Positions 30,437 to 40,417 of a DNA stretch of 64,000 nucleotides are shown here, piece by piece (the first letter of the stretch is position 1; each line of letters opens with the position of its first letter). A program made the position numbers and the translations under genes. The stretch is from contig JAXGZN010000001.1 of assembly GCA_040776945.1 (NCBI GenBank), positions 800,001 to 864,000 on the forward strand. The letters run 5' to 3'. This DNA comes from Methanomassiliicoccaceae archaeon. GTDB taxonomy: Archaea > Thermoplasmatota > Thermoplasmata > Methanomassiliicoccales > Methanomassiliicoccaceae. The notes beneath the pieces are model-generated. The model saw only the letters and a program-made list of their open reading frames with translations. It was not told where the DNA came from and did no database searches.

Positions 30437-32001
30437 GCGCTGCTATCGCGCTCAGCTTCATTTTACTGCTGCCTATTGCCTCGCAGCCGGTCCAAGGGGC
30501 CGGGGCGCCCATCGATCTGGTCATGGGCGAGCGGGGGGGCCTGCCGTGGGCCATCGAGAACATCAGGCCGGGAGACAGGGGGAGCGAGAGCACGGTGATC
30601 AGCAACGTGGGGAGCGGGACAGGTTATCTGAGGATATGGATCAGCGGCATCGAAGGAACCGACCGCGGCGGGGACGGAGCGGCGCTGGCCAAGTACATGA
30701 GGTTCTCACTGGTCTCGGACGGCCTCACCACCACAATGGCCCTGCCCGCGCCCATCGACCGTTTCCCCGCCTCTCCCACCGATCGCGGGCAGCTTGTCAT
30801 CGGACCGATAGCTCCCGGCAGTTCGACCTCCCTTAGGTGGACCTGGGAGTTCACCGACACCGGGGACGACCAGAACGACGCGCAAGGAGACGGACTGAGC
30901 TTCAGCATCAGCTACATGCTCACCGATGCGCCCCCGCCGGCCGCGGCCTACAAGTACGTTGCAGTGGACCTATTTGGCTGGCAGAACGTGGTGGAGACCG
31001 ACAGCGCAGGGGTGGCGCAGCATGACGTCGATGCGGTGGACCCTCTTGGGATACACCATCTCAAGATCCTAGCAGGCACCAGGATGATCGATGAGGAAGG
31101 CACGGTCCCCGCCCGCATAGTGCTTTCGGTCGCTGGGCACGATGGCGGCGCTGCCGGGCCGGCAGGGGCCGTAGCGGTCTCCCCTGCGTACGTTCTGCAG
31201 GGCTTCCTCGCCGACGGTTCGGAGGCAAACCTCACCTTCTCGGCGCCGGTGATCGTCATGATCGGTGTCAACGCCTCGATCGTGCCCGCTGGCTACCTGC
31301 CCATGGGGGTCCATGCGCTAAACGGCGACCGGTGGACCCGCCTGCCATCCGCAGGCCTTGAGATCTCCCGCTGGTCGGCCGCCGGGGCTATTCAGCGTAG
31401 CGGCGTACTGACAGTGTTCGCCGCCCCGGTGATGGGCGACAGCGGCGCGCTGCACGTCACCGATATGGTCGTACGGCCAGACACCAGGAAGAACGGATGG
31501 CCAGTGGCCATTTCCACGACCATCGGACGCTCGATCGAAGTGACCGCCCAGATTATCTGCGGAGGGAACTCTTCTGGCATATGGACGGTGGAGCTGGCCA
31601 TCGACGGCGTGGTGGGCAGCTCGGCCTTGCTGGTCATGGAGCCGGGGGAGCCATCGACGGTGGTCCTGACCGCATCGGGGATCGGGGACGGCGAGCATAC
31701 GGTTACGCTCCTCGATCGCTCCATGGTCTTCCGCGCCGGGACATATGTCGACTGGGCGCTCATAATAATATCCAATATCACGGTGTTCTCCTCGCTGCTG
31801 ATCGTCAGGCAGCGGCACCTCGTGCGCCATCCCCACAGTTCCGGCGGAGAGGCACCGCAGAAGGATGAGGTACCACTCGGGACGACGTCAGAGAGGCCCG
31901 AGGCGGCCGATCTCCAGATCGTCGAATCCATAGGAGAAGTCTGGGAGGCCAGGCGGACCGCGGAGCAGGTGGTGGAGCGCCGGCTCCGCGAGCGGCCGTA
32001 G
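30418..32001 (+). CDS. Membrane-anchored protein with N-terminal TasA-like domain, Ig-like domains and C-terminal TM helix
   Basis: Signal peptide LLPRLGAAIALSFILLLPIASQPVQGA; ENIRPGDRG..ISNVGS..QNDAQGDGLSFSISY (parallels the tasA-like gene); TM WALIIISNITVFSSLLIV-RQRH; start uncertain (ORF open from 30292). Confidence 0.75.
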   Translation: MLLPRLGAAIALSFILLLPIASQPVQGAGAPIDLVMGERGGLPWAIENIRPGDRGSESTVISNVGSGTGYLRIWISGIEGTDRGGDGAALAKYMRFSLVSDGLTTTMALPAPIDRFPASPTDRGQLVIGPIAPGSSTSLRWTWEFTDTGDDQNDAQGDGLSFSISYMLTDAPPPAAAYKYVAVDLFGWQNVVETDSAGVAQHDVDAVDPLGIHHLKILAGTRMIDEEGTVPARIVLSVAGHDGGAAGPAGAVAVSPAYVLQGFLADGSEANLTFSAPVIVMIGVNASIVPAGYLPMGVHALNGDRWTRLPSAGLEISRWSAAGAIQRSGVLTVFAAPVMGDSGALHVTDMVVRPDTRKNGWPVAISTTIGRSIEVTAQIICGGNSSGIWTVELAIDGVVGSSALLVMEPGEPSTVVLTASGIGDGEHTVTLLDRSMVFRAGTYVDWALIIISNITVFSSLLIVRQRHLVRHPHSSGGEAPQKDEVPLGTTSERPEAADLQIVESIGEVWEARRTAEQVVERRLRERP

Positions 32002-32022
32002 GCGGGGCAAGAAGGTGAGGGC

Positions 32023-33054
32023 TCAGTACCTCTCGTATCTTAGGCCCAGCGAGGGCACGGTGACGCCGCCGCCCTCGACCGCTCGGCCGACGATCCTGGC
32101 GCCCTCGCCGTAGATGGAAACGGCCTTGCGGGCCTCCTCAGGGGGGCAGACCAGGGCGAAGCCCAAGCCCATGTTGAACGTCTGGTACATCTCTGATGGC
32201 TCCACCGACCCAAGGTCCCCCAGGACCTTGAACACCGGAGGGACGGGCATGGGGTCGTCTATCGTAATCCCCACTCCTTGCCGCAGTCTAAGGAAGTTAC
32301 GCAGGCCTCCGCCGGTGACATCGATCATTCCATGCACCCGGCACTCCCTGGCGATGCGCAGGACCTTACGTACGTAGATCTCGGTTGGCGTCAGAAGCTC
32401 AAGGCCGATGCTCCGACCGAGCTTGGGGAACTTCTCTTCAAGGTCGACCTCGTTCCTCTCCAGCACCTTGCGCGCCAAGGTAAGCCCGTTGGAGTGCACG
32501 CCCGATGAGGGCAGGCCCACCACGACATCGCCCACCGCGACCTTGGAGCCGTCGATGATGCGATCCTTGGGCACCATGCCCAGGCAGGAGCCGGAGAGGT
32601 CGACCTCCTTCATGATCTCCGGCAGAACCGCCACCTCGCCGCCCACCAGGTCGCAGTCCGCCAGCTCGCATCCCTTATCTAGGCCGATGCCGATCTGCTC
32701 CATCATCGCCGGCCTGGGCTCGTCGACCGCCAGGTAGTCGACGAAGGCGATGGGCTCCGCCCCCACGCATATGGTGTCGTTCACGTTCATGGCCACGCAG
32801 TCGATGCCCACGGTGTCCCACTTGTTCAGGGCCTTGGCGATGAGGAGCTTGGTGCCCACACCGTCGGTGCACAGCGTGAGCGCGACGTCCCCGAAGTCGA
32901 TGAGCCCGGTGAACTGTCCCGGGAGATCGATCATCCTCACCTTTCCGGAGCGCCGGTAGGTGAGCTGCTTCACCAGGGCCTGGATGGCATGGGACTTGGC
33001 GTCGATATTCACGCCCGCCTGGGCGTAGGTCATGGGCTTTCTGATGCAGGACAT
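32023..33054 (-). CDS. purM: Phosphoribosylformylglycinamidine cyclo-ligase
   Basis: TYAQAGV, TDGVGTK, GIDCVAMNVND, GGEVA, SSGVHSNG, TFNMGLG. Confidence 0.95.
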   Translation of the reverse strand: MSCIRKPMTYAQAGVNIDAKSHAIQALVKQLTYRRSGKVRMIDLPGQFTGLIDFGDVALTLCTDGVGTKLLIAKALNKWDTVGIDCVAMNVNDTICVGAEPIAFVDYLAVDEPRPAMMEQIGIGLDKGCELADCDLVGGEVAVLPEIMKEVDLSGSCLGMVPKDRIIDGSKVAVGDVVVGLPSSGVHSNGLTLARKVLERNEVDLEEKFPKLGRSIGLELLTPTEIYVRKVLRIARECRVHGMIDVTGGGLRNFLRLRQGVGITIDDPMPVPPVFKVLGDLGSVEPSEMYQTFNMGLGFALVCPPEEARKAVSIYGEGARIVGRAVEGGGVTVPSLGLRYERY

Positions 33055-33374
33055 GTTGACCTCTACCGTATCCTCTCCTCACCTTCAAATTATTTCTCGG
33101 GTCAAGCCGTCCTAGCGGCGTCCGCCGTACCCGCTAGCGCCTAGCCATCAGGACGACGTCCTCGGAGGCCGCCCCATCTGCAGAGCGAACGGGCATCAAT
33201 GGTCATAGAGAGAAATGCGTTCTCCGCTCACCACATGGTCCCATGCACATAGGCTCCATCGTCCCTTTTGGGACCTGCGGGCTCGCCGAGGGGTTCGGGA
33301 AGAGCGGCAGATGCCGCGAGGCCGTGAAGGCCTTGGTGGGGAAAGTTTAAGCCGTGGGTTGGAATAGAGCACCC

Positions 33375-34016
33375 ATGGGCAAGCGCTGGCTCAACGAGCG
33401 GAGGCAGGACTTCTATTACCGCAAGGCCAAGCAGCTCAACTATCGCTCCCGCGCGTCGTTCAAGCTCCACCAGATAAACGAGAGGTTTGGGATCTTCCGG
33501 CCGGGCATGGCGGTCGTGGACCTCGGCGCTGCGCCGGGAGGATGGCTCCAGATCGCCAAGGAGAGGGTGGGGCCCCAGGGCAAGGTGGTGGGGGTCGACC
33601 TGCAGCACATAGCCCCCCTCGAAGGGGTGGAAACGATCAGGGGCGACATGACCAAGCCGGAGACGGTGCAGGAGCTCATGTCCCTGCTGGAGGGCAAGGC
33701 CGACGTGGTCATCTCGGACATGTCGCCGAACATCAGCGGCAACTACTCTATCGATCACGCCCGCTCGGTGGACCTTTGCCATCATGCCCTGGAGTTTGCC
33801 CGTCGGACCTTGAGGCCAGGAGGATCGCTGGTGATGAAGGTCTTCGAGGGGGACATGCTGAACGATCTGCTTACCGACATCCGCCGGAGCTTCGGCTCGG
33901 TGCGCCTGCACGGGCCCAAGGCATCACGCTCCAGCAGCTCGGAGATCTACATCGTGGCCAAGGGCTACAAGGAAGGCGGGTCGTCACAGGCCGGCGCGCC
34001 GGGGCCCCTGGATTAA
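33375..34016 (+). CDS. rlmE: 23S rRNA 2'-O-methyltransferase RlmE/FtsJ
   Basis: YRSRASFKL, DLGAAPGGW, VGVDL, ISDMSPN, KVFEG, ASRSSSSEIY. Confidence 0.93.
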   Translation: MGKRWLNERRQDFYYRKAKQLNYRSRASFKLHQINERFGIFRPGMAVVDLGAAPGGWLQIAKERVGPQGKVVGVDLQHIAPLEGVETIRGDMTKPETVQELMSLLEGKADVVISDMSPNISGNYSIDHARSVDLCHHALEFARRTLRPGGSLVMKVFEGDMLNDLLTDIRRSFGSVRLHGPKASRSSSSEIYIVAKGYKEGGSSQAGAPGPLD

Positions 34017-34251
34017 TATCTATCGTAGAAATCAAAATTGATTGCCGGCCCTGCTCCTTTTAATACCTACCAGGGCGCTCAAGGTCATTAGGGAGCGGGA
34101 GAACCCCCCGTATCATTAGCCCCCCCCCCAACGAATCCGCGATATATTCTTCGCCGCTCCCATTATTTTCTTCCTTCTCCGCCTTGTTTGCTCCCTCCTG
34201 CATCTGGGCCGTGAGATATCCTTTAAATTCACAATCTCCATTCACACATCG

Positions 34252-34485
34252 ATGATAACATATCTCACGGTCACCTTCAGCACCGAGGGGGCCCGCCCGT
34301 CGGAGGTCATGGACGCGCTCCACGGCCTAGGGTTCGAGCCGACCACCGGCAGCTACGACTTCATCTACCGGTGGGGGAACAAGGCGACGGTCGAGGACGC
34401 CATCTATCTTGCCGACAAGGTCCATCAGACCCTGAAGGGGCGCCAGGTGCTTTTCAAGCTCCAGACGGTCAGCGACTACCTCTGA
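34252..34485 (+). CDS. Small conserved hypothetical protein
   Basis: YLTVTFSTEGARPSEV..LGF..GSYDFIY; TTTAAA about 25 nt upstream; 9 nt before the FAH gene. Confidence 0.7.
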   Translation: MITYLTVTFSTEGARPSEVMDALHGLGFEPTTGSYDFIYRWGNKATVEDAIYLADKVHQTLKGRQVLFKLQTVSDYL

Positions 34486-34494
34486 GGCGACGGC

Positions 34495-35118
34495 ATGGAG
34501 CATTGCAAGATCGTATGCGTCGGGCAGAACTACCATGCCCACGTGAAGGAGATGAGGTCCATCGTCCCCGAAGAGCCGATGATCTTCCTGAAACCATCCT
34601 CGGCCATCATAGGGGACGGGGAGGAGATCGAAGCTGGCGACGTGGGCCGGGTCGACCATGAGATCGAGCTAGCGCTGGTGATCGGGCGCACCGCAAGGAA
34701 AGTGCTCGAGAAGGACGCGCTCGATCACGTCTCGCACATCGCGGTCTTCAACGACGTCACCGCACGGGACCTTCAGTCGGAGGCCCGCAGGGCGGGCAAC
34801 CCATGGACGCTCGCCAAGGGGATGGACACATTTGCCCCGATGTCCCGCCCAGTGCCCATATCGCGCGCGAAAGATGTCCACGACCTCGATCTCGAGCTCC
34901 GCGTCAACGGCGAGATAAGGCAGAAGGGGAACACCAGCGACATGATCTTCGGCCCCGAGGTGCTGGTATCGTACATATCGAGGTTCATTACCCTAGAGCC
35001 GGGCGACATCATCGCCACCGGGACTCCGGAAGGAGTGAGCCCCCTCAATGACGGCGACCGGGTGGAGGCGTCCATACCCGGGGTGGGGACGGTCCGCAAC
35101 ACCTTTCGCCGGGTCTAG
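34495..35118 (+). CDS. Fumarylacetoacetate hydrolase family protein
   Basis: KIVCVGQNY, FLKP, DHEIELA, NDVTARD, AKGMDTF, GDIIATGTPEGV. Confidence 0.92.
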   Translation: MEHCKIVCVGQNYHAHVKEMRSIVPEEPMIFLKPSSAIIGDGEEIEAGDVGRVDHEIELALVIGRTARKVLEKDALDHVSHIAVFNDVTARDLQSEARRAGNPWTLAKGMDTFAPMSRPVPISRAKDVHDLDLELRVNGEIRQKGNTSDMIFGPEVLVSYISRFITLEPGDIIATGTPEGVSPLNDGDRVEASIPGVGTVRNTFRRV

Positions 35119-37853
35119 TCCCAGAACCGCTTGGTCCGGGCATAGGTCAGCTCCGCGCTGAGGATGTCCCGCAGGAACTCGTCTTCGTCCTCGTAGAACG
35201 AGGAGAGCACCCTCGCCGCAGTGTCCGGACCGATGCCCCGGCCGGCCAAGGCGACCAGGGCCCTCCGGCCGTGCTCCTTGACCAGGGAGGCGTTCTTGTA
35301 CATCCGCCTGATCTCCTTGGCCTCCTCCTCCGTGGGCTTATCCTTCTTCAGAAGCCCGATGTCCTGTTTGTTGTATGGAAGCAGGGCGGCGACCATCCGC
35401 CCTCCGCAGCGCGGGCAGACGATGCGCTCGGGAGCATCCTGGGGCTTAAGCCTCCACTGCGCCTGGCAGCTCAGGCAGGACATGCTCATGACCTCCGCCT
35501 CCAGCCTTTTCTTCAGCGCCATCAGGATGCTGTGGTCGGCGCGCTGAGGCATTATAAGCTCGCGGGAGTGCTGAAGCCCTGCCCGGCCGATGGTGGTAAG
35601 CGGCATGGTCTTGAGGGCAACCTCCCCGTGCTCGATCCGCTTGATTGCCGCGACCGTCCCATCGATGTCGAAGTCCTCCCACAGGACCCGCCGCACCGCC
35701 TCCTCGAACAGCGGGGTATCCTCGAACGCCTCAGCCAGTCGGGTAAAGTTGACCTGCCTATAGTCGGCGTCTTTCTCGATGGCACCGAACTTCTTGGCGA
35801 CAAAGACAAAGCGGTACCGGAGGTAGGAGGAGGACTTCAGCACCAGGCGGACAAGCGACTCCACACCCTCCGATCGGATGGAGCGCAGCGTGTCTATGAT
35901 GGTCTGGGGGCTTATGTCCCGCGGGAGCTCGATGACGATGCGGTATGGGTCGGTGTGCACTCCGACGCTCTCCCCCAGACGGGCGGAGAGGAGGACGGAG
36001 AGCACCTTAGAGATGGTCTCGTTGACCTTGGTCCCGAAGCACATGTTGAGAACCGCCATGCGCTTCCCCATCTCCAGCGTGACCAGCCTATCGGACGGCA
36101 CCGCTCCGTCGCGGTCCTGCTCTTTGAGGTAGCGGTCCAGCTCACTTACCGCGTCGTCGTCCCCGGCGTAATCGGCGTAGCGCCGCTCCCGCCTGAGCCT
36201 TCCGACCTCCTGGGCGATGCTGTAAGGCACTGGGATGTCCTCGCCCATCCACGAAGGAATGGACCCGATGTCCCTTACCTGCTCCACCAGCAGTTCGTCC
36301 TCCCTCACCTCGACGATCCTCCAGGTCTTCCCGTGAGTGATGAACGCGGCATACGGCTCCGCGAACGATAGGACGAACGACTCGTCCAGCGTACCAACGA
36401 TGCGCCTGGTGGCTATGTCCCGGATGAAGAACGTGCGTTCGTCCGGTATCATCGAGAGGTTATCGTAGAAGTACCGCATGCCCCTGGAGGTCCGCCTGTA
36501 GTGGGACCCGTTGTCGAACAGCAGACCGATCCGCACCAGCTGGTCCAGCACCCCGCGGAACTCCTCTCTGCTGAGGTTCCTGAAAGGGTACGCCCTGCGC
36601 ACCACCTGGTACGCCAGCTCCTTCTCCACCTGGCCGACCATGGCCATGGCCACCAGCTGGTTCGCCAGGACGGCCATGGGCCTCTCTCTCACCCTCAGGT
36701 CCTCAAGCTCACCGGCCCCGGCCTTGCGGGCGATGACCATGCTTTCCGCGATCTCATCGGGGTTTGAAGCGACTATCGCACCCTCGGTGCGCTCGCCGAC
36801 CGCGTGACCGGCACGCCCCATCCTCTGGATGAGCCTAGCCACCTGGCGGGGGGAGTTGTACTGGATGGCGAAGTCCACCGAACCGATGTCGATGCCCAGC
36901 TCCAGGGAGGAGGTGCAGATAAGCCCCTTCAGCCGTTCCTGTTTGAAGTCCTCCTCAGTCTCCACCCGGATGTCCTTGGAAAGCGAGCCGTGGTGCACCC
37001 CTATCTTGAGATCCTCGTCCCAGATGCGATACCTAGCTGCAAGCGCTTCGGCGGTGTCCCTCGTGTTGACGAACAGCAGGGTCGATCGATGCTCCTCGAT
37101 CAGCCGCTTGCACCTCCTCATCCCGGCCACTAGATGGGGGTCGCTTTGCAGCCGCCCCGCGAGGTCCCGGTCCTCCTCCGTCACCGGAGGGGACTGTACC
37201 GTTACATCTATGTCCTTGGACACCTGGGCCCGTACGGTGCGGACCTCCCGGCCTCCTCCGAGATAGCGGGCGACCTCGTCCACTGAGCCCACCGTCGCCG
37301 ACAGGCCGATCCTCTGGAAATCCCCGGCGATCTCGGCCAGGCGCTCCAGCGCGATGGCCAGCTGGGCACCTCGCTCGTTGCCCGCCAGCTCATGGATCTC
37401 GTCCACCACCACCCACTTAACCCGCGACAGGTGCTCCCGCAGCCTCTTCCCGGTGAACAGCACCTGCACCGTCTCCGGCGTGGTGATGAGCACGTCCGGA
37501 GGGTTCTTGGACTGGCTTTGCCTCTCGGCCTGAGAGGTGTCCCCGTGCCGCACCGCGACGCTCATTTCCAACGCTTCCCCGAACTCCGTGAGCCTCTTGA
37601 GCATGTCCCGATTTAGCGCCCGAAGCGGGGTGATATAGATGCACTTTATGCCCTTCCCTGGAGTGTCAAGAAGCTTGTGGAAGATGGGGAGCATGGCCGC
37701 CTCGGTCTTGCCTATGCCGGTGTGCGCCACCAGCAGCAGATGTTCCCCGCGCAGGATGATCGGGATGGCCTCGCGCTGAGGACCCGTAGGCTCGTGGATG
37801 TCCCTGTCCAGAAGGACCTTCTGTACTCTATCGTCAAGGAGTTCGAATACCAT
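35115..37853 (-). CDS. lhr: Lhr-family DEAD/DEAH helicase with C-terminal Zn finger
   Basis: AHTGIGKTEAA, TPLRALNRD, TTPE, VDEIHE, LSAT, HHGSL, TSSLELGID, QRMGRAGH, CLSC..CPRC. Confidence 0.93.
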   Translation of the reverse strand: MVFELLDDRVQKVLLDRDIHEPTGPQREAIPIILRGEHLLLVAHTGIGKTEAAMLPIFHKLLDTPGKGIKCIYITPLRALNRDMLKRLTEFGEALEMSVAVRHGDTSQAERQSQSKNPPDVLITTPETVQVLFTGKRLREHLSRVKWVVVDEIHELAGNERGAQLAIALERLAEIAGDFQRIGLSATVGSVDEVARYLGGGREVRTVRAQVSKDIDVTVQSPPVTEEDRDLAGRLQSDPHLVAGMRRCKRLIEEHRSTLLFVNTRDTAEALAARYRIWDEDLKIGVHHGSLSKDIRVETEEDFKQERLKGLICTSSLELGIDIGSVDFAIQYNSPRQVARLIQRMGRAGHAVGERTEGAIVASNPDEIAESMVIARKAGAGELEDLRVRERPMAVLANQLVAMAMVGQVEKELAYQVVRRAYPFRNLSREEFRGVLDQLVRIGLLFDNGSHYRRTSRGMRYFYDNLSMIPDERTFFIRDIATRRIVGTLDESFVLSFAEPYAAFITHGKTWRIVEVREDELLVEQVRDIGSIPSWMGEDIPVPYSIAQEVGRLRRERRYADYAGDDDAVSELDRYLKEQDRDGAVPSDRLVTLEMGKRMAVLNMCFGTKVNETISKVLSVLLSARLGESVGVHTDPYRIVIELPRDISPQTIIDTLRSIRSEGVESLVRLVLKSSSYLRYRFVFVAKKFGAIEKDADYRQVNFTRLAEAFEDTPLFEEAVRRVLWEDFDIDGTVAAIKRIEHGEVALKTMPLTTIGRAGLQHSRELIMPQRADHSILMALKKRLEAEVMSMSCLSCQAQWRLKPQDAPERIVCPRCGGRMVAALLPYNKQDIGLLKKDKPTEEEAKEIRRMYKNASLVKEHGRRALVALAGRGIGPDTAARVLSSFYEDEDEFLRDILSAELTYARTKRFWD

Positions 37854-38234
37854 GTCCAGAAGTGCGCTTATCCAATCGATGTGGATATTTCAACCTGTCG
37901 CTTGGACGACCGCCATCATCGCTGCGACGTTACCCGGGCATCGGCCTCAAGGGATGCCATTCTAACAACAGGGCCGGTAAGGCCCTTTTGCCTCTGGGTC
38001 TAGATGGGCTTGCTAGCCGCCACACCCTGTCTAGAATGTGCAAGGATGTACATTCAAAATTCGCGGGCCGAGGAACGGAAAGGCTCAACGCACGAGGGCC
38101 GTTGGGTTCGATACCGTCAGATGCTCCTTGTAGGCCCAAGCCGGGCTCGGTCTGGCAGCGGAGCGTTGGACCTATCGGTCGCTCCGCGGGGCACCAGGCG
38201 TGCCAAGCACAAAAAAGGGAAAAGAGGAAGGGAC

Positions 38235-39518
38235 TCAGGCGCCCTGGGCCTCGGCCTTGGCCTTCGCCGGGGCCTTGGGCACGCCCTCCGCTTTCGCCGG
38301 TGCGGGCCTCTCCGCCCTGCCCTCCGCTTTCGCGCCCTCGGCCTTCGCCGGGGCAGCGGCAGGGTCGGTGGCCTCGAGCAGAAGCTCAGAGACGTCCAGA
38401 ACCTTGATGTTGGACCCTATGGCCTTGGCTCCCGCCTGCAGGTTGAGCACGCAGAACGGACAGGTGGTCACCAGGATGTCCGCCCCGGTGGCCACCGCTT
38501 CCTTGACCCGCTCAGCGGCGATGTTCACCGCCACGTCGTTGAAGGCGCTCTTGAAGCCCCCTCCAGCGCCGCAGCAGCGGGAGCCACGGCGGTTGCGGGG
38601 CATTTCCACCAGCTCAACTCCTGGTATCTTCTTAAGGATCTCGCGGGGGTCCTCGTACACCCCTCCATGCCTGCCGAGGTGGCAAGGGTCGTGATAGGTT
38701 ACCTTGGCCTTGATCTCCTTGGTGAACTTGAGCTTCTTTTCCTTGATCAGCTGGTTCACGTACTGCGCGAAGTGATATACGGGAAAGGTCGGGTTGCTGA
38801 AGTACTTGCCGTAGTCGGTGGACGTGGTCTTGTAGCATCCGGCGCAGGTGGTGACCATGGCCTTTGCGCCGCGGACCTCCACGGCGCGGATGTTATGCTC
38901 GGCATATTCAGCGGTCATTCCTGTCTGCCCCGTCCTGAGAGCAGGAGAGGTGCAGCACCACTCGTCGCCGCCGAGTATGTCAATCTTGACCCCGGCGCGG
39001 CTGAGGACCAACGCCCCGGCCTTGGCGATCTTCTGCATCCGGTAGGACCCAGTGCACCCGGCGAAGAAGATGACGTCAGGCTGAGAATAGCGGGGGATAT
39101 CCTCGGGCCACCAAGCGCCGCGCTTCTCGGCCGGCTCGTTATAGGGATTGTGGGTCTCCTTGATGGCCTTGGCCAGCTTGGCATGGACGGGAAGGGGGCC
39201 TTTGCCCTGGTCGACCACCCACTCGCGGACCTTCTCCCAGAAGTCCGCGAACTCGATGTTGACGTGACATACCGTCTCGCACTGGGCGCATCCGGTGCAA
39301 CGGAACAGAGCCTCCACGAACTCGTCGTCCACCTTGACCTTGCGGCCCAGGATGGCGTCCACGGGCGATTTCTTCGAGATCTGGCTCAGATAGAATACCT
39401 TGCCCCGGGGAGTGATCGATTCCCAAGGCGTCTGCTCGTAGGCGGGGCAGACCCGCACACAGTATCCACACTGTAGACAAGCGAGAAGTTCCCTTTTGAT
39501 CTCCGGCATTTTAACCAT
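38235..39518 (-). CDS. Fe-S oxidoreductase with 2x[4Fe-4S] and two CCG domains (HdrD/GlcF-like)
   Basis: CLQCGYCVRVCP, CTGCAQCETVC, FAGC..WCC..CAGC, YHDPCHL..CCGAGGG..CPFC; Ala/Lys/Pro-rich tail. Confidence 0.88.
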   Translation of the reverse strand: MVKMPEIKRELLACLQCGYCVRVCPAYEQTPWESITPRGKVFYLSQISKKSPVDAILGRKVKVDDEFVEALFRCTGCAQCETVCHVNIEFADFWEKVREWVVDQGKGPLPVHAKLAKAIKETHNPYNEPAEKRGAWWPEDIPRYSQPDVIFFAGCTGSYRMQKIAKAGALVLSRAGVKIDILGGDEWCCTSPALRTGQTGMTAEYAEHNIRAVEVRGAKAMVTTCAGCYKTTSTDYGKYFSNPTFPVYHFAQYVNQLIKEKKLKFTKEIKAKVTYHDPCHLGRHGGVYEDPREILKKIPGVELVEMPRNRRGSRCCGAGGGFKSAFNDVAVNIAAERVKEAVATGADILVTTCPFCVLNLQAGAKAIGSNIKVLDVSELLLEATDPAAAPAKAEGAKAEGRAERPAPAKAEGVPKAPAKAKAEAQGA

Positions 39519-39654
39519 AGGTGCAACCTCGGTGAAATGAAGAGAGCCTTTCTGCTGTTAAGTAAAGGCTTTTGGAACGAGTGAAGGGAAGAAAACTTCT
39601 TATAACTATCGCTGGGCCGGAGGGACCGCAGGGGGGCCAGCGCCCTCTCCCCGT

Positions 39655-40158
39655 TCATCCGTCCAGAATTGGAGTGTAGCCATACCAGCTGCCGCCGCGC
39701 TTAAGGTACTCCAGGTTATCTTCCAGGACCCTCTGGTGCTCCCTCTCCCACTGCACAAGCCGCTGCATCAGCATCTTCAGCTCCATGTCATTGGTGAGTC
39801 TGGCCACCTCCTCGTACATGCGCACCGAGGCCTTCTCCACTCCGATGGCCATCTCTACCGCGGCTATCTCGTCCTTGGGAGACAGGCAGGACCCCTCGGG
39901 AAGGTCCGGGAAGGCCTTGGCGGGCACAACATCAGCGTACGACGGATCCGGTCTGATCGTGCTCACGTCCTTCCCCGGGAAGATCCGGTCGACCTGCCGG
40001 GCGAGCCACAGCCGGTGCTCCTTCTCGTCCCGTGACAGCCCCCTAAGTATCAGCTTGCCTTCCTTGTCCCGAATGCAATCGCTCAGCCTCTGGTAGAACT
40101 CCCTGCCGAACGTCTCCACCCTGATGGCAGCGGCAAGCAGGCCCAATTGCTTGTTCAG
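39655..40158 (-). CDS. Ferritin-like / rubrerythrin di-iron domain protein
   Basis: AIRVE..FY..DEKEH and AIGVE..MY..WEREH; real start probably CTG 40158 or TTG 40146, not 40371. Confidence 0.82.
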   Translation of the reverse strand: MNKQLGLLAAAIRVETFGREFYQRLSDCIRDKEGKLILRGLSRDEKEHRLWLARQVDRIFPGKDVSTIRPDPSYADVVPAKAFPDLPEGSCLSPKDEIAAVEMAIGVEKASVRMYEEVARLTNDMELKMLMQRLVQWEREHQRVLEDNLEYLKRGGSWYGYTPILDG

Positions 40159-40417
40159 GCTTTCCTCATCGTCTTTCCAGTTGCTGCGTTCGAAACGCGT
40201 TCCCGTCCCTCCAATGGCAAACGGCCATCGGCCGATAAATATCTTACCGAAGAAAGATTGACGGTCCAGACCATCCGGCGGTCCAAGCGTTCTCCGAGCA
40301 AGTCGAGCTTGGATGGAAATATTTAAGAAAGTCCACGGGCTTGCCAGCATTAAAGGGCGGGCGATATACAACGCCGATGGGATCTGATGGGATGCTGAAT
40401 ATCTGGGTGCTGATCTG

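Noticed and set aside
23064-32001. Integrated element at tRNA-Phe or tRNA-Thr
   Set aside because: No integrase or transposase, and I noticed no duplicated tRNA 3' end.
37860-38230. SRP RNA or RNase P RNA
   Set aside because: The conserved helix 8 and P4 sequences were not found on either strand.
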